A stretch of DNA of 59,698 bases, the filler included. It is 6 parts of 6 records of this genome, joined end to end, with 100 filler letters (N's around TTAATTAATTAA, not from the genome) between each part and the next. Parts side by side here need not be neighbours in the genome. Positions count along the whole stretch, not along the records: positions 50,611 to 59,698 come from SRR20825006_2880; 5 more parts are not named here. One strand, given 5' to 3'. The notes beneath the pieces are model-generated. The model saw nothing but the letters and a program-made list of their open reading frames with translations. It was not told the DNA's origin and searched no databases. The position numbers were made by a program, and so were the translations under genes. Shown piece by piece: positions 59,258-59,698 of this stretch (the stretch's first letter is position 1; each line of letters starts with the position of its first letter).

Positions 59258-59698
59258 CTAGCGCTGGCAACGTGAGCAAAAAACGGTACTGCGCTGGGCC
59301 TGGCGGATTTCTTTTAGCGCCCCCGCGCAGGTTGGGCAGGGTAAGCCCGCGCGGCCGTACACTAGTAGTTCTTGTTTAAAGTAGCCGGGGCGGCCATCCC
59401 CGCCCACAAAATCTTTCAAGGTAGTGCCACCTTGGGCAATGGCTTTTTCCAACACTTGCTTTACGCACATGACCAGGCGCTGGTAGCGCGCTTTGCTGAT
59501 ACTGCCTGCCTCGCGGTCCGGGCGTATACCGGCCATGAACAGTGCTTCATTGGCGTAGATGTTACCCACGCCGACAACCACCCTGCCGTCCATCAACAGG
59601 GTTTTCACCGGAACCTTACGCCCCTTTGCTCGGCTGAATAGGTAGCCAGCATTAAAATCCTCGGACAGCGGCTCGGGGCCCAGGTGCGAAAGTAAGTG
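59258..59698 (-). CDS. mutM: Formamidopyrimidine-DNA glycosylase, C-terminal part (5' end outside the window)
   Basis: LGPEPL, KTLLMD...[12 protein letters not shown] (H2TH), GGTTLKDF, zinc finger CPTC...[10 protein letters not shown]. Confidence 0.97.
   Translation of the reverse strand, partial: HLLSHLGPEPLSEDFNAGYLFSRAKGRKVPVKTLLMDGRVVVGVGNIYANEALFMAGIRPDREAGSISKARYQRLVMCVKQVLEKAIAQGGTTLKDFVGGDGRPGYFKQELLVYGRAGLPCPTCAGALKEIRQAQRSTVFCSRCQR

Overview
This window is not one locus. It is six unrelated contigs joined by 100-nt artificial linkers (N-run + TTAATTAATTAA + N-run), so no synteny crosses a linker. Taxon labels are inferred from composition and gene content only. (1) 1-10697, GC-rich gammaproteobacterium: steroid ring-degradation genes (kshA-hsaC-hsaA) lie downstream of, and co-oriented with, a sphBCD/sphR-like module (PLP enzyme, cytochrome c5, FAD oxidoreductase, TonB-dependent receptor, divergent AraC regulator). 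A perfect FNR/Anr box sits upstream of kshA. (2) 10798-27380, AT-rich, Balneolota/Rhodothermota-like: PD40/OmpA protein with an extra C-terminal barrel-like domain, a secretory uORF before secD-secF-STAS, purA, hppD-hmgA divergent from paaABCD-x-paaG. (3) 27481-38350, Rhodopirellula-like: ECF sigma, FecR/LamG protein, PSCyt/PSD1 protein, HrpA. (4) 38451-45384, gammaproteobacterial housekeeping: rho, trxA, waaA, tolC, yqiB, cpdA, yqiA, parE. (5) 45485-50510, Flavobacteriaceae-like: nnr, gcvT, RmlD-like protein, PCD, degenerate metallophosphoesterase. (6) 50611-59698, gammaproteobacterial: wzi-wza-wzc without wzb, REP elements, yfhL, coaD, degenerate GIY-YIG protein, ggt, mutM. I saw no rRNA, tRNA, CRISPR array or transposase. 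Best candidates for something new are a putative secretion-monitoring arrest-peptide/RNA-switch module upstream of secDF (14351-15058) and a sphingolipid + sterol catabolic island with an FNR-type promoter (1-10686).
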